This document shows positions 37,957 to 47,943 of a DNA stretch of 62,149 nucleotides, piece after piece. The translations under genes and the position numbers were made by a program. Source of the stretch: Aquificaceae bacterium (GTDB taxonomy: Bacteria; Aquificota; Aquificia; Aquificales; Aquificaceae); the NCBI GenBank assembly GCA_039630345.1, contig JBCNVD010000014.1:1-62149 (forward strand), given 5' to 3'. The notes beneath the pieces were generated by a model. That model saw only the letters and a program-made list of their open reading frames with translations, searched no databases and was not told where the DNA came from. The first letter of the stretch is position 1, and each line of letters starts with the position of its first letter.

Positions 37957-38877
37957 ATGCAGTTTACAAAGATTGTTATAGGAGCTCTTTTGCTAATTGC
38001 CATAGGGGGTATATCCATAGGAGTGCTTGTTTTAAAGCACGGTAGCGAGTTAATAAAAGCTATGAGATATATAAAAACTGAGTACTTAATCGTTGCAGTG
38101 CTTTGTGTTCTTATTTTCCATATCCTTGATGGGCTAAGATTGTTTGTATTATCCAGGGCTTTGAAGATAAAGATAACTCCGGGTTATGGGCTAGTTCTTT
38201 CTTTTATGGGTGCATTTGGAGCAAGTGTAACGCCTTCACAGCTTGGTGGGGAGTTTATAACTGTCTGGGCTTTGAAAAAAAAGGGCAACGGACTTCATAA
38301 AGCACTCGGTGTTATATCAGTAAAGAGCATTATAGGGCTTTTTACATTGAGTATTTTCTTGCCTTTTGCTATATTGCAGGCTTTTCAAGACCCTGAAAGG
38401 GCTATGATGCCTATATTTATTGCCTTTCTGGCGCTTTTGCTTGCGCTAGTTATCACGAGAGCTATGAAAGACAGAAGAGGAAAGCTTAAACGCCTTGGAA
38501 AGGTTATAAAGGCTTATTTGATGATATTAAACCTCTACATTGCCAAAAAGAGGGGATATGTTGCTGTTGCTTTTGTTTTAAGTTTATTTGCTTATTTTTT
38601 TTACCTGCTTGCCGGGGCTATTTTAATTCTTAGTTTTAACACCAACGCTGACCTTATTCAAGCCATTCGCGCTCAGGCGCTTATTTTCTTCACTCTTATT
38701 ATAAGCCCAACTCCCGGGGGAGCTGGAATGGCAGAGATAGGTGGAATGTATGTCTTTGGTCAATTTCTTGCGGGCAGTTCTCTTGGGGCTTTTATAATAA
38801 CCTGGAGAGTGCTTACGCTTTATACAAGCGCTATAGTAGGCTCTATTTTTGTCTTTTACTATCTTATAAAAGATTGA
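37957..38877 (+). CDS. Lysylphosphatidylglycerol synthase TM/flippase-like (YbhN-type) membrane protein
   Basis: Multiple TM segments; VTPSQLGGE, SPTPGGAGMAE, WR.LT.Y motifs. Confidence 0.8.
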   Translation: MQFTKIVIGALLLIAIGGISIGVLVLKHGSELIKAMRYIKTEYLIVAVLCVLIFHILDGLRLFVLSRALKIKITPGYGLVLSFMGAFGASVTPSQLGGEFITVWALKKKGNGLHKALGVISVKSIIGLFTLSIFLPFAILQAFQDPERAMMPIFIAFLALLLALVITRAMKDRRGKLKRLGKVIKAYLMILNLYIAKKRGYVAVAFVLSLFAYFFYLLAGAILILSFNTNADLIQAIRAQALIFFTLIISPTPGGAGMAEIGGMYVFGQFLAGSSLGAFIITWRVLTLYTSAIVGSIFVFYYLIKD

Positions 38878-39767
38878 TATCAATTGCTATTAGGCTAAGG
38901 AATTACCTATACGATAAAAATCTCCTAAAGAGTTGTAAGTTTGATGTTTTTACCATAAGCGTTGGCAATATAGCCCTTGGGGGAAGGGGCAAAACCAGTC
39001 TCAGTTCCTATCTTGCAAAGGAGCTGGAGGATTTCAGGCCGTGCATATTGCTAAGGGGCTATAGAGCAAAACTCAAAGGGCCAACTTTGGTAAAAAAGGG
39101 AGGAAGCTGGCAGGACTTTGGCGACGAGGCTTTTATGCTAGCTCAGAAGCATAGCTGTGTAATCATAGGCAAAAAAAGATGCCAGTCTGCAAAGCTTGCA
39201 ATCTCTATGGGCGCGAAGGTTTTGATTTTGGATGATGGGTTTCAACATCGCGCGATAGCGCGAGATTTGGATTTAGTTTTAATAAAAAGCCAGGACCTGA
39301 AAGATAGGCTCTTTCCCTTCGGGAGATTGAGAGAGCCGCCTGAGTCCCTAATGCGCGCAAGCGCGATTTTGATATCTTATTCAGAGCTAGAGGAGAGCGA
39401 GGGGCGTTTTGAGCTTTATAAAAAGCCAGTGTTTTACCCAAGGAGGGTAAACTTTAGATTAATTGATTCCTTAAGTGGCGAAGTTCTTAATTTGCCACTA
39501 AAGGGTGAGTTTTATGCCTTTTCGGCGCTTGGCGACAACATACAATTTTTTCAAACGCTTGAGAAACTTGGTATAAAACTTCTCTCAAAGATCGGATTGA
39601 GAGATCACTATAGCTATAAAAACTTCTCACTGCCGGGCAATGGACCCTGGATTACAACTCACAAAGACATTATTAAGTTAAAGCCAAGAGAGGGTCTATT
39701 TTGGCTTGATTACGACCTTGAGGTGCCGGGACTTAAAGAGTGGATAGTCAGTAAAATACTTACATGA
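38874..39767 (+). CDS. lpxK: Tetraacyldisaccharide 4'-kinase
   Basis: ISVGNIALGGRGKT, RGY, GDE, ILDDGFQH, PFGRLRE, DHY, TT.KD. Confidence 0.93.
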   Translation: MISIAIRLRNYLYDKNLLKSCKFDVFTISVGNIALGGRGKTSLSSYLAKELEDFRPCILLRGYRAKLKGPTLVKKGGSWQDFGDEAFMLAQKHSCVIIGKKRCQSAKLAISMGAKVLILDDGFQHRAIARDLDLVLIKSQDLKDRLFPFGRLREPPESLMRASAILISYSELEESEGRFELYKKPVFYPRRVNFRLIDSLSGEVLNLPLKGEFYAFSALGDNIQFFQTLEKLGIKLLSKIGLRDHYSYKNFSLPGNGPWITTHKDIIKLKPREGLFWLDYDLEVPGLKEWIVSKILT

Positions 39768-40375
39768 AAAGCTTAATAGAAGAAAGACGCTCAATAACAT
39801 TCTTTGACGATAGCAAAAGCCTAGATGATGAGACAATCAGAGAGCTTTTGAGGCTTTCTGCAACAGCCCCCTCTGGCTATAACCTCCAACCATGGAAAGT
39901 TATAGTCGTTAAAGACCTAGAGGTCAAGAAAGAGCTGATGAAAATCTGCTACATGCAGGAAAAGGTCTATAAAGCCTGCATAAATGTGATAGTGCTTGCA
40001 GACACTATTGGAGGCATTGAAAACGCAAAGGCAGTTTTTGACAGCTTTGTGGAGCTTGGATATTTTAGCAACGAGCAAGCTCAGAATATCATCAAAAGCA
40101 TAAAAAATAGCTGGTCAGACCCGAAGGTTGCTTACAAAAAGGCTTTAAGAGACGCATCGCTTTTTGCGATGAATTTAATGCTAAGCGCGAGAGCTCTTGG
40201 GCTTGAAACCCACCCTATGGAAGGATTTGACGAAAAGGCTCTCAGGGAGCGCTTTGGTATAGAGGAGAGATTCGTCCCGGTCATGATAGTAGCGGTTGGG
40301 TACAAAGACCCTTCTAAAGAGCTCCTTCCTAGGGCTATGAGGTTTAAGCCTGAAGAATTTGCAACCTTTATCTAA
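39764..40375 (+). CDS. Nitroreductase family protein
   Basis: RRSI, APSGYNLQPW, LMLSARALGLETHPMEGFD. Confidence 0.92.
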   Translation: MKSLIEERRSITFFDDSKSLDDETIRELLRLSATAPSGYNLQPWKVIVVKDLEVKKELMKICYMQEKVYKACINVIVLADTIGGIENAKAVFDSFVELGYFSNEQAQNIIKSIKNSWSDPKVAYKKALRDASLFAMNLMLSARALGLETHPMEGFDEKALRERFGIEERFVPVMIVAVGYKDPSKELLPRAMRFKPEEFATFI

Positions 40376-40764
40376 ACACCTATAAGAATGCTCCGTAGGT
40401 CTTTGTTTGGGCTTGGGATAAAAGCCCGGTCAAAGACTTGCTTATCAACGCGTGTCGGGGAGAGGGAGCTTATTATGTATTCCATAGCCCTGTAAGCCTT
40501 GGAAGGGTCTCCACAGGTAAAGACATCGACTGCAGCAAGACCGTGCTCTGGCCAGGTATGGATAGAGAGATGGGACTCAGCAAGCAAGACAACGCCCGTT
40601 GCTCCATGGGGCTGGAATTGATGGTAGTGTGAGGAGATTTTATTCAGAGAAGCTACTTTGACCGCAGTTTCCAGCAAGTGTCTAACATCCTGCACGCGGT
40701 CAATAAGTGCAGGGTCAACGCCGTGAAGGTCCGCTAGGATATGCAGTCCGATGGCTTTTTCCAT
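40372..40764 (-). CDS. speD: S-adenosylmethionine decarboxylase proenzyme
   Basis: GLHILADL, FQPHGATGVVLLAESHLSIHTWPE (E/S self-cleavage site), DVFTCG; SD AAGGAGG. Confidence 0.96.
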   Translation of the reverse strand: MEKAIGLHILADLHGVDPALIDRVQDVRHLLETAVKVASLNKISSHYHQFQPHGATGVVLLAESHLSIHTWPEHGLAAVDVFTCGDPSKAYRAMEYIISSLSPTRVDKQVFDRAFIPSPNKDLRSILIGV

Positions 40765-40802
40765 TTGCGCTCCTCCTTGTCAAGTTGAAATGTAAACACC
40801 AT
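40734..40802 (-). CDS. Putative 22-aa upstream ORF/leader peptide overlapping the speD start (MVFTFQLDKEERKWKKPSDCIS)
   Basis: Own SD AAAGGAGG 7 nt before ATG 40802; open to TAG at 40736-40734, in a different frame from speD. Confidence 0.5.
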   Translation of the reverse strand: MVFTFQLDKEERKWKKPSDCIS

Positions 40803-40846
40803 AACAAAGCCTCCTTTGTTAAAGATTGCAAATTATAATACTATTT

Positions 40847-41299
40847 GTGAAAAAAGCAAGACAAAAACAAGGTTTTAGACCAACAAAGAACGCGGTCAAG
40901 AGTGCGCTCTTTAGCATCCTTGGAGACATAAGCCACAAGAGGTTTTTAGACCTATTTGCAGGGAGCGGTCAGATAGGAAGAGAAGCTATACTAAGAGGTG
41001 CTTATGTTACTTTTGTGGAAAAAAATAGGTCTATTGGCGCTAAACTCCGTCAGGAATTTGGGAAAATGGTGGTAATCACTGATGCGATAAATTTCTTAAA
41101 GCAGGGCGAAGTTAGATGGGACATAATCTTCGCAGACCCTCCATATGAGTTTGAAAATTATCATATTTTGACAAAACTTGCCATTGAAAGCCTTAACGAA
41201 GGAGGAATTTTTGTGTTAGAACACTCCAAAAAGCATACATTTGAATGCGAAAAGAGAAAAGAATATGGCGATAGCGTTCTATCACTCTGGGTTAGATGA
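40847..41299 (+). CDS. rsmD: 16S rRNA m2G966 methyltransferase RsmD-like
   Basis: RPT..VKSALF, LDLFAGSG, FADPPY, LEH, YGDS; GTG at 40847 preferred. Confidence 0.9.
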   Translation: MKKARQKQGFRPTKNAVKSALFSILGDISHKRFLDLFAGSGQIGREAILRGAYVTFVEKNRSIGAKLRQEFGKMVVITDAINFLKQGEVRWDIIFADPPYEFENYHILTKLAIESLNEGGIFVLEHSKKHTFECEKRKEYGDSVLSLWVR

Positions 41300-41775
41300 T
41301 GGTAGTATACCCGGGCACATTTGATCCACCGCACCTTGGCCATCTGGATATAGTAAGCAGGGCCATTAACATCTTTGGGGAAATAACAATTGCCATATCA
41401 AAAAGACCAAGAAGGGAGCTCCTCTTTGATGTGGAAGAGAGGATACAGATGTTTAAAGAGATGACAAAGGATCTTAAGGGCGTTTCTGTAGTTGGTTTTG
41501 ATGGGCTATTGGTGGATTTTTTAAAATCATTAGGGGTAAAGGTAATTTTAAGAGGGGTAAGAATGTTTGCGGATTTTGAATATGAGCTTCAGATTGCCCT
41601 TAACAATTCAAGGCTTGGGGGTGCGCAAACGATTTTTATGATGCCATCGCAGGAATTTATACATGTTAGCTCCAGCATTGTAAGAGACATAGCATCACAT
41701 TGCGGGAATTTAAAGGGATATGTGCATCCTTTTGTTGAGAAAAAGCTGAGAGAAAAGTTTAACTGTGGGCTATAG
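41296..41775 (+). CDS. coaD: Phosphopantetheine adenylyltransferase
   Basis: YPGTFDPPHLGHLDI, RGVR...DFEYE, SSSIVR. Confidence 0.96.
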   Translation: MMVVYPGTFDPPHLGHLDIVSRAINIFGEITIAISKRPRRELLFDVEERIQMFKEMTKDLKGVSVVGFDGLLVDFLKSLGVKVILRGVRMFADFEYELQIALNNSRLGGAQTIFMMPSQEFIHVSSSIVRDIASHCGNLKGYVHPFVEKKLREKFNCGL

Positions 41776-44700
41776 AATATTTGGGATACTTTTAATACTG
41801 TCTTTATTTTTTATAAAGTGGCTTGAGGGAGTGATTGATGTAAATATTAAGGGTAGAGATTTTTATGTTTTTTTGAGTTCTGGAGAAAGTGGCGTATTTT
41901 TGAGCGTAAAAGGTCTTTCCTTAAAAGAGGCTAAGGAGATATCAATAATAGCCATAGGCAGGGGAGATAAATCAAAAAAACAAGAGCCATGGAGAATAAG
42001 TTACTTAAAACACCTAAGAAAATTTAGCTTTAGGGTTGAAAATCTTTACATTACCACAGTTAATAAATCCAGCGGTCAGGTATTTTACACAAATGTAAAG
42101 GATTTTTATCTTAATAGAGGGTTAATTAGTCTCAAAGACGCACTGTTATGGATAAATATGAGAACTTTTGAACTATCACAGCTTTATGGTCAGATAGAGG
42201 ACGATGGAACTATCCAAATAAGCAAGGCAAGGCTAACAGCTCCCGGGGCTGAGGCAAATTTAAGCGCAAGCTGGGATGGTAAAAACTACAGCCTTAGCGG
42301 GGTTTTTTCATTAAAAAGAGATAACCTAGAGGCAAAAGGCGAATTAAAGCTAAAAGAGCTGGATGGATATCTATCAGGCAGTTTAAAAGCAGATGGAAAA
42401 GCCTTTTTGAAAGATTTTAAGTTATCAGGGACATTCTCAGATAGAGCTCTGAAAGGAGAGCTCTTGGCCCTTGGGGGCAACTTTAGATTCAGCCTTGAGA
42501 GAGAAAATCTCAGAATTTACACAGATAGTTTTGAGCTTGGAAATTTAGATAAAAAACTAAGAGGAAGGATAAACCTTGAAGCTAATTTATCAAGAGAGGG
42601 CTGGAGAGTTTCTGGATTTGCGCCATCTGTTGAGGTTGAAAAGCTAAAGCTGAGCTTTTTGCGCTTTGGAGGAGGGGGGAGATTAAATCCTGCGCCCGAA
42701 GGGCGCGTTTATGTGCAATCAAAAGAATTAGAATTTGACGGGAGAGTGGCTCAAAGGACACTGTCCGGGCAATGGAGAACCTTTGGGCTTGAGAGAGAGG
42801 GTCTGAGATTCTGGATGGAAGGTAGTGCGCTTTTTGATAAGAGCATCAGTCTAAGAGGCAAAGGGATGATGGAGGGGCTTAAGATAAGGGACTTTGAGGT
42901 CAAAAACGCCTCTTTGGAGTTTAGTCACATAGGCAACAAGACATCTTTTAGTCTAAGCTCCAGGGACTTTAGAGCTCTTGGGGATTTTGAGGGGCAAAAT
43001 CTTAGTTTAAGGATAATACCAAAAGGGGAGGTAATTTCTTACAGGGAATTTAAGGCGCTATCACCATCGGGAGAGATTAATCTCAGCTTTGAGAGGGGAA
43101 AATTGACCTCTCTTGATGGAAACTTAGAGCTTGGGGTTTTATATAGAGATCTCAAGGCAAAAAACCTGAAGTTAGAACTTGGGCTTATGGATAATAAGCC
43201 CTCTTTTAAAGGGGAAGGGTCTTTGGAATTTTTCGGTCAGGAGATAAAAAGAGCTCTGATAAGAGGAAATGTCTCAAATGAAGGCTTTATTTTAAATATA
43301 TCCTCTGATGAGGTGAGTCTGTCTCTTGATGCATTAAAAGAAGGTTTTAAGCTCCACTCCAGAGTCTCTCTGGTAAAGGAGGGTTTTAGTCTAAAAGGAG
43401 AGCTATCAGGCTCTGGTAAGGCGGATGATATGAGATTTTCCTTTGACGGGTTTTCTCAAATATATGGGTTTGAGTTTCCTGTGAAATTAGCCGGAAGGCT
43501 CTCAGATAATGGCGGACTAATTAAGATTAATGGCTTTAATGCCCGAAGAGACCTATGGAGTCTTAGTGTAGATGAGATAACACTTGAAGGTCCTCTAAAT
43601 AGGGCTTTGTTAAGGCCCTTTTCTTTAAGGGCATCTCTTGGAGGATATTCGCTGATTTCAGTATCCTTTGGAGAATCCCGACTCAGAGACGGGGCTATTT
43701 TGATCAAAGGAGAGCTAAGCGATGGGGCAAATGGGGAGGTGGAGCTTAGCCTAAGTCAAAGAGGGGCTTATGCAAGAGTAGATGGAGATATTCAGCTATC
43801 GCACATTCTTGGGATAATAAGGAGCAAGACAGGACTTGCAGGAAGTGGCAACATAAGGATTTTTGGAGAATTTAAAAACAACCGTCCTTATCTGGTTTTG
43901 AGCTCTAAAGACCTCAATCTTCGCTCCAGATTTGTAGGAATCCCGATGAGCGGTAGTTTAGAGTTTAAATACGACAAAGCTCTGGATGGAAGACTTGAAC
44001 TAAAAGGTCCAGAAGGATCAAGCGCGCAAGCGCGATTTGAAAAAGATGCCGTAAGCTTTCGCCTCTTTAGGGTTCCTGTGGTTTATAGAGACGAAAGAGT
44101 AAAGGCAGCAGTGTTAACATGGGCTGAAGGGAGTTTCAAAAACAAAAAACTCATTGCAAAGGTATCTCATGGCGGTGGGGATATAAAGATAGAAAAGCTG
44201 GGTGCTCAGAAATTAAACGCCGGGCAAGTGGGCGGGATAGATTATGAGATTGAACTCTCCTCAAAAGAACCCTTGAGACTCAGTTTACCAGAGGGACAAG
44301 TCTATGCAAATTTAAGCGGAAAAGTATGGAGAGGGGGGTATGAACTAAAAGCAAACTTTCCATCTGGGAGACTGAGGTATTTCGGAAGGGATTTTTACAT
44401 CCAGCGCGGGAGCGCTCAAATTAAGAAAGATGGTATAGAGCTCTTTATTAGCTTAAATAGCACGCTGCCGGATTATAAGCTTATTGTGGACATAATAGGA
44501 GATCCAAGGTTCCCAAAGGTGGTTTTACGCTCCGAACCGCCTTCGGACACGAGAGAGGTTCTTGCAAGGTTGATAGGGGCAGGTTCTTCTGAAGAGTCTT
44601 TAATAGCGGTTGGCTTGCAAAATATTCCTGAACTTTCAGGGGCGGTCCAGCGCCTTACCGGGCTTGATATTAAATTGGAAGCAAGCCCCGGAATATCCCC

Positions 44701-44911
44701 ATCGGGGGAAATTGGGGTAAATCTAAAACTCAAAAAAGAATTAGGTCAGCGAGGAACTCTGGAGTATCAAGCAAGCACTTTCAAAAGTCCAAAAGAGAGC
44801 TTTGCAGGTGGAGAGTTAAAACTAAAGCAGGGGATATCAATAGGCGGGAGGGTCTATTCGGATAATTCTCAGGAAGCCCGCCTTAGATTGAGGAAGAAGT
44901 TTGACTTTTAG
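41765..44911 (+). CDS. Large AsmA/TamB-like periplasmic beta-rich protein
   Basis: N-terminal membrane anchor, repetitive beta-strand pattern, C-terminal I.GDP.FP.V.L.S.P and terminal beta strands typical of DUF490. Confidence 0.65.
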   Translation: MGYRIFGILLILSLFFIKWLEGVIDVNIKGRDFYVFLSSGESGVFLSVKGLSLKEAKEISIIAIGRGDKSKKQEPWRISYLKHLRKFSFRVENLYITTVNKSSGQVFYTNVKDFYLNRGLISLKDALLWINMRTFELSQLYGQIEDDGTIQISKARLTAPGAEANLSASWDGKNYSLSGVFSLKRDNLEAKGELKLKELDGYLSGSLKADGKAFLKDFKLSGTFSDRALKGELLALGGNFRFSLERENLRIYTDSFELGNLDKKLRGRINLEANLSREGWRVSGFAPSVEVEKLKLSFLRFGGGGRLNPAPEGRVYVQSKELEFDGRVAQRTLSGQWRTFGLEREGLRFWMEGSALFDKSISLRGKGMMEGLKIRDFEVKNASLEFSHIGNKTSFSLSSRDFRALGDFEGQNLSLRIIPKGEVISYREFKALSPSGEINLSFERGKLTSLDGNLELGVLYRDLKAKNLKLELGLMDNKPSFKGEGSLEFFGQEIKRALIRGNVSNEGFILNISSDEVSLSLDALKEGFKLHSRVSLVKEGFSLKGELSGSGKADDMRFSFDGFSQIYGFEFPVKLAGRLSDNGGLIKINGFNARRDLWSLSVDEITLEGPLNRALLRPFSLRASLGGYSLISVSFGESRLRDGAILIKGELSDGANGEVELSLSQRGAYARVDGDIQLSHILGIIRSKTGLAGSGNIRIFGEFKNNRPYLVLSSKDLNLRSRFVGIPMSGSLEFKYDKALDGRLELKGPEGSSAQARFEKDAVSFRLFRVPVVYRDERVKAAVLTWAEGSFKNKKLIAKVSHGGGDIKIEKLGAQKLNAGQVGGIDYEIELSSKEPLRLSLPEGQVYANLSGKVWRGGYELKANFPSGRLRYFGRDFYIQRGSAQIKKDGIELFISLNSTLPDYKLIVDIIGDPRFPKVVLRSEPPSDTREVLARLIGAGSSEESLIAVGLQNIPELSGAVQRLTGLDIKLEASPGISPSGEIGVNLKLKKELGQRGTLEYQASTFKSPKESFAGGELKLKQGISIGGRVYSDNSQEARLRLRKKFDF

Positions 44912-45388
44912 AGCATAATCAAGGAGAGAAAAGACCACGCTGAATGTGGCTATTAGAACCAGAAGGTTATTGCTTTTTTGATAAATTAAAGCAAAGAGGA
45001 TGCACATTATTAAACTAAAAGTAGCTAACTTCCCAGAAAGTCTAGATTGTGGAATGGACCTGAAGGTTTTAAAAACCAAAGCAGCTCCTATTATAACAAG
45101 AAAATCTCTCAAAAATACCATAAAAAATAGATAAATAGGTAATATATTCTCTATTACAGCAGTTTTATAGAGTGCAGAGAGTATCATAGCTCTATCTGCA
45201 ATAGGGTCTATTGCCCTGCCCAGCATAGTTTCGGCTTTGAAAGCTCTGGCAAGAAAGCCATCTATTGCATCTGAGATAGCAAGGGAGAAAAAAAGCCACA
45301 GCAAAACAGGAGGCTCAAGAAATAGCACGAGTGGACTTAAAACCAGACGAGTAAGAGAAATAGCATTGGGTAGCCACTTAAGCGTCAT
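44837..45388 (-). CDS. CDP-alcohol phosphatidyltransferase (PgsA-like)
   Basis: PNAISLTR, SDAIDGFLAR...LG..IDPIAD signature. Confidence 0.9.
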   Translation of the reverse strand: MTLKWLPNAISLTRLVLSPLVLFLEPPVLLWLFFSLAISDAIDGFLARAFKAETMLGRAIDPIADRAMILSALYKTAVIENILPIYLFFMVFLRDFLVIIGAALVFKTFRSIPQSRLSGKLATFSLIMCILFALIYQKSNNLLVLIATFSVVFSLLDYALKVKLLPQSKAGFLRIIRIDPPAY

Positions 45389-46689
45389 TTTGGGATACTT
45401 AGCGTAAGTATTATTATCCCCTTCTCCATATAAGACAAAGACCTTGAAAATCTTCCCATGGGATTTATATATCCGCTAAAGCCGTTATTATTAACCCACA
45501 GGACATTCTTGCCAAGCTCAAGAGCTCTTACCTTTGCCCAAAGGATATGCTGGCGAGTGCAGGCAGAGTCGTCAAACCAACCGTCATTTGTTAAAACTGC
45601 AACAAAATGCGCCTTTGTTGAAAGCTCTCTAACCAGAGATTGATGAGCGACTTCAAAGCATATTGGCGTTGCAACCCTAAGACTATTTAAAGATAAAGGC
45701 TTAATGTTATTACCACGATAGTAGTCAAGACCACCTATTATAGAAAAAGTATCTTTCAGAAATTCAAAAGGAGGAGGCAAAAACTCACCAATTGGCATAA
45801 GCATAACCTTGTCATAAGAGTCTATAGCCTTGCCTTGGTGAAATAAATATGCTGAATTATATGGTCTTTTGCCTTCTCTTATGTCTATAAGACCTATAAC
45901 GATGGGTTTTTTAAGACTAAGCTGATAAATGGATTGAATTTGCAAATCATCTTCGTCTGAAAAATAAGAAGATAGCGAAGACTCAGGCAAAAAAACTATG
46001 TCCGCATCAGTTTCTACGGCACTCTCTATTAATTCTATGGTTTTAAAACTTTCCCTGCGATAAGCCTGCATATCTATTCTCAGTGGCTGAAAGACCGCAG
46101 GCTGAACTATGGCAATTTTTAACTCTTTTGTAGCTAATTGGTTTAGGGATTTTTCAAAAATTGCCAGCATAGAGAGACCAGACATAAAAAAAACCAGCAT
46201 AAGCGCAGATTTGAATCTTCCCCTATTGACTAGATAAACCAAAGAGACCACAAAAAGACTCTGGACATAAACACCTGCATAAAGAAGGCTATGCTTAAAT
46301 AAAGGTATATTGGCAACAATCTTCCCAAAAATAAGCCATGGAAAGCCACCATAGGGAAAGTAAGACCTAAAGAGCTCTGAAAGTGGCAGGATGAGTATGG
46401 CAATTTTTGGGCCAAACACCCTTGCAAGCCCAAATTGATAGATACTTAAAAAAATACAAAGCAAAACAAAGAGCAAAACAAATAAAATAGGGCTTATCCC
46501 GCCATACTTCACAGCAGGCAAATAAGAACAATTAAGACTAAAGACAAAAAACCAAAAACCCGCCAGCAAAAAACCAAAGTAGCTCCTAATTTGCAACAGA
46601 AAAAAAAGCCCTATAAAGAGAAAAAACCACAGATAATTACTTAAAAAAGGAAGTGATAGAGCCAAACCCGCAAAGAGCGGGAGTATCAT
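45385..46689 (-). CDS. lnt: Apolipoprotein N-acyltransferase
   Basis: GGFPW, IVQP, PES, YNSA, YDK..LMPIGEF, PICFE, TNDGWF, N.G.SG.I.P.G. Confidence 0.93.
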   Translation of the reverse strand: MILPLFAGLALSLPFLSNYLWFFLFIGLFFLLQIRSYFGFLLAGFWFFVFSLNCSYLPAVKYGGISPILFVLLFVLLCIFLSIYQFGLARVFGPKIAILILPLSELFRSYFPYGGFPWLIFGKIVANIPLFKHSLLYAGVYVQSLFVVSLVYLVNRGRFKSALMLVFFMSGLSMLAIFEKSLNQLATKELKIAIVQPAVFQPLRIDMQAYRRESFKTIELIESAVETDADIVFLPESSLSSYFSDEDDLQIQSIYQLSLKKPIVIGLIDIREGKRPYNSAYLFHQGKAIDSYDKVMLMPIGEFLPPPFEFLKDTFSIIGGLDYYRGNNIKPLSLNSLRVATPICFEVAHQSLVRELSTKAHFVAVLTNDGWFDDSACTRQHILWAKVRALELGKNVLWVNNNGFSGYINPMGRFSRSLSYMEKGIIILTLSIPK

Positions 46690-47105
46690 CTCTCTAGGCT
46701 CAAAATAATAATGCCAGAGACGACAAATATAATACCTGTAAGTTTTTTAAGGCTCATGCTTTCGCCAAATATCAAGACAGCCAGCAAGGAAGACCACAGA
46801 GGAGAAGACGCAACTATAGGGGCAACAACGCTAATTGGAGCATTCGAGACAGATTTGAAATAAAAATAAAGCCCAAGAAAACCGGCTACAATACCACCAG
46901 ATGCTAAAATAAATAGCTGGTTAATCGGTATATCAAATGACCTTACATAGAGAGCAAGAATTCCAAGGGCCAAAAGACCAGCACTTAGATTGTGTATAAA
47001 CAGCGCAAGGACTGTATTTACCTGCCCTTTTAGACCCAGCTTGAAAAGAATTGGAGAAATTCCCCACATAAAGCTAGTGAGAATAGCAAAGATTATTCCT
47101 TTCAT
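46686..47105 (-). CDS. EamA/DMT family single-domain membrane protein
   Basis: WGISPIL.K, YFKS...P.SVVAPI, FGE....K..GI. Confidence 0.85.
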   Translation of the reverse strand: MKGIIFAILTSFMWGISPILFKLGLKGQVNTVLALFIHNLSAGLLALGILALYVRSFDIPINQLFILASGGIVAGFLGLYFYFKSVSNAPISVVAPIVASSPLWSSLLAVLIFGESMSLKKLTGIIFVVSGIIILSLER

Positions 47106-47884
47106 AGCGTAAGTATAGCAACTAAAGGGGCATGGTCAGAGGGCTTTGGCTGGCGCTTTTTCCTTGCCCAGAGGTCCACCCAGACCTTTGAAAAATTCTT
47201 AAAAAGACTTCTGGTTGAGAGGATATAATCAATCCTTAGTCCCTGGTTTTTCCAGATAGCAGCGCCGTATTCCCACCATGTATATCCTGGTTCTGAAGGG
47301 TTAAGAGCTCTAAAAGTGTCTATAAGTCCCCAGTCAATAACCGCCTTTAGAGCCTGGCGCTCTTCTGGCATTGCACAAACAGCGTCCACAAACAGCGAAG
47401 GGTCATAAATATCTATGTCTTCCATAGCAACATTCATATCTCCTACCAGCAAAAGGTCTGAGTCTTTGCTGAAATTATCCTGAAGGTATTTTAAAAACTC
47501 ATCATAAAAACTGAGCTTGAACTGGAATTTTTCACTACCCCGCACATCTCCATGGGGAAAATAGCAATTCAGAATCCAGATGTTATTGATATTTAAAGCT
47601 ATAAACCTGCTTTGCGCATCCAGAGTTTTGAAGCCTGTTTTGGTTATTGGTTGAGAGCATGGCAGTTTAGTGCATATTGCAACGCCATTATAACCCTTTT
47701 GACCGTTTGTAAAGCATTCGTATCCCAGTTTTTTGAACTCTTCAAAGGGAAAGTCAGAGTCTAAAACTTTAGTTTCTTGAAGACACAGGATGTGTGGAAA
47801 TTCTCTCTCTATCCAGGAAAAGAGGAGCTCTTTTCTTGCCCTTACGGAGTTGACATTGTATGTAGATAGCTTTATCTCTTGCAT
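47102..47884 (-). CDS. xth: Exodeoxyribonuclease III
   Basis: TYNVNSVRAR, LQETK, QKGYNGVA, GDMNVA, YTWW, GLRIDY, SDHAP. Confidence 0.96.
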   Translation of the reverse strand: MQEIKLSTYNVNSVRARKELLFSWIEREFPHILCLQETKVLDSDFPFEEFKKLGYECFTNGQKGYNGVAICTKLPCSQPITKTGFKTLDAQSRFIALNINNIWILNCYFPHGDVRGSEKFQFKLSFYDEFLKYLQDNFSKDSDLLLVGDMNVAMEDIDIYDPSLFVDAVCAMPEERQALKAVIDWGLIDTFRALNPSEPGYTWWEYGAAIWKNQGLRIDYILSTRSLFKNFSKVWVDLWARKKRQPKPSDHAPLVAILTL

Positions 47885-47943
47885 TTTTGATTTTTAGGCT
47901 TTAATATTATAAGCCTTGAAAATTCCTGATATGGAGGGAAACC

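Noticed and set aside
44900..47100. A-rich compositional shift suggesting foreign DNA
   Set aside because: Explained by T-rich codons of hydrophobic membrane proteins (PgsA-like, Lnt, EamA) on the minus strand.
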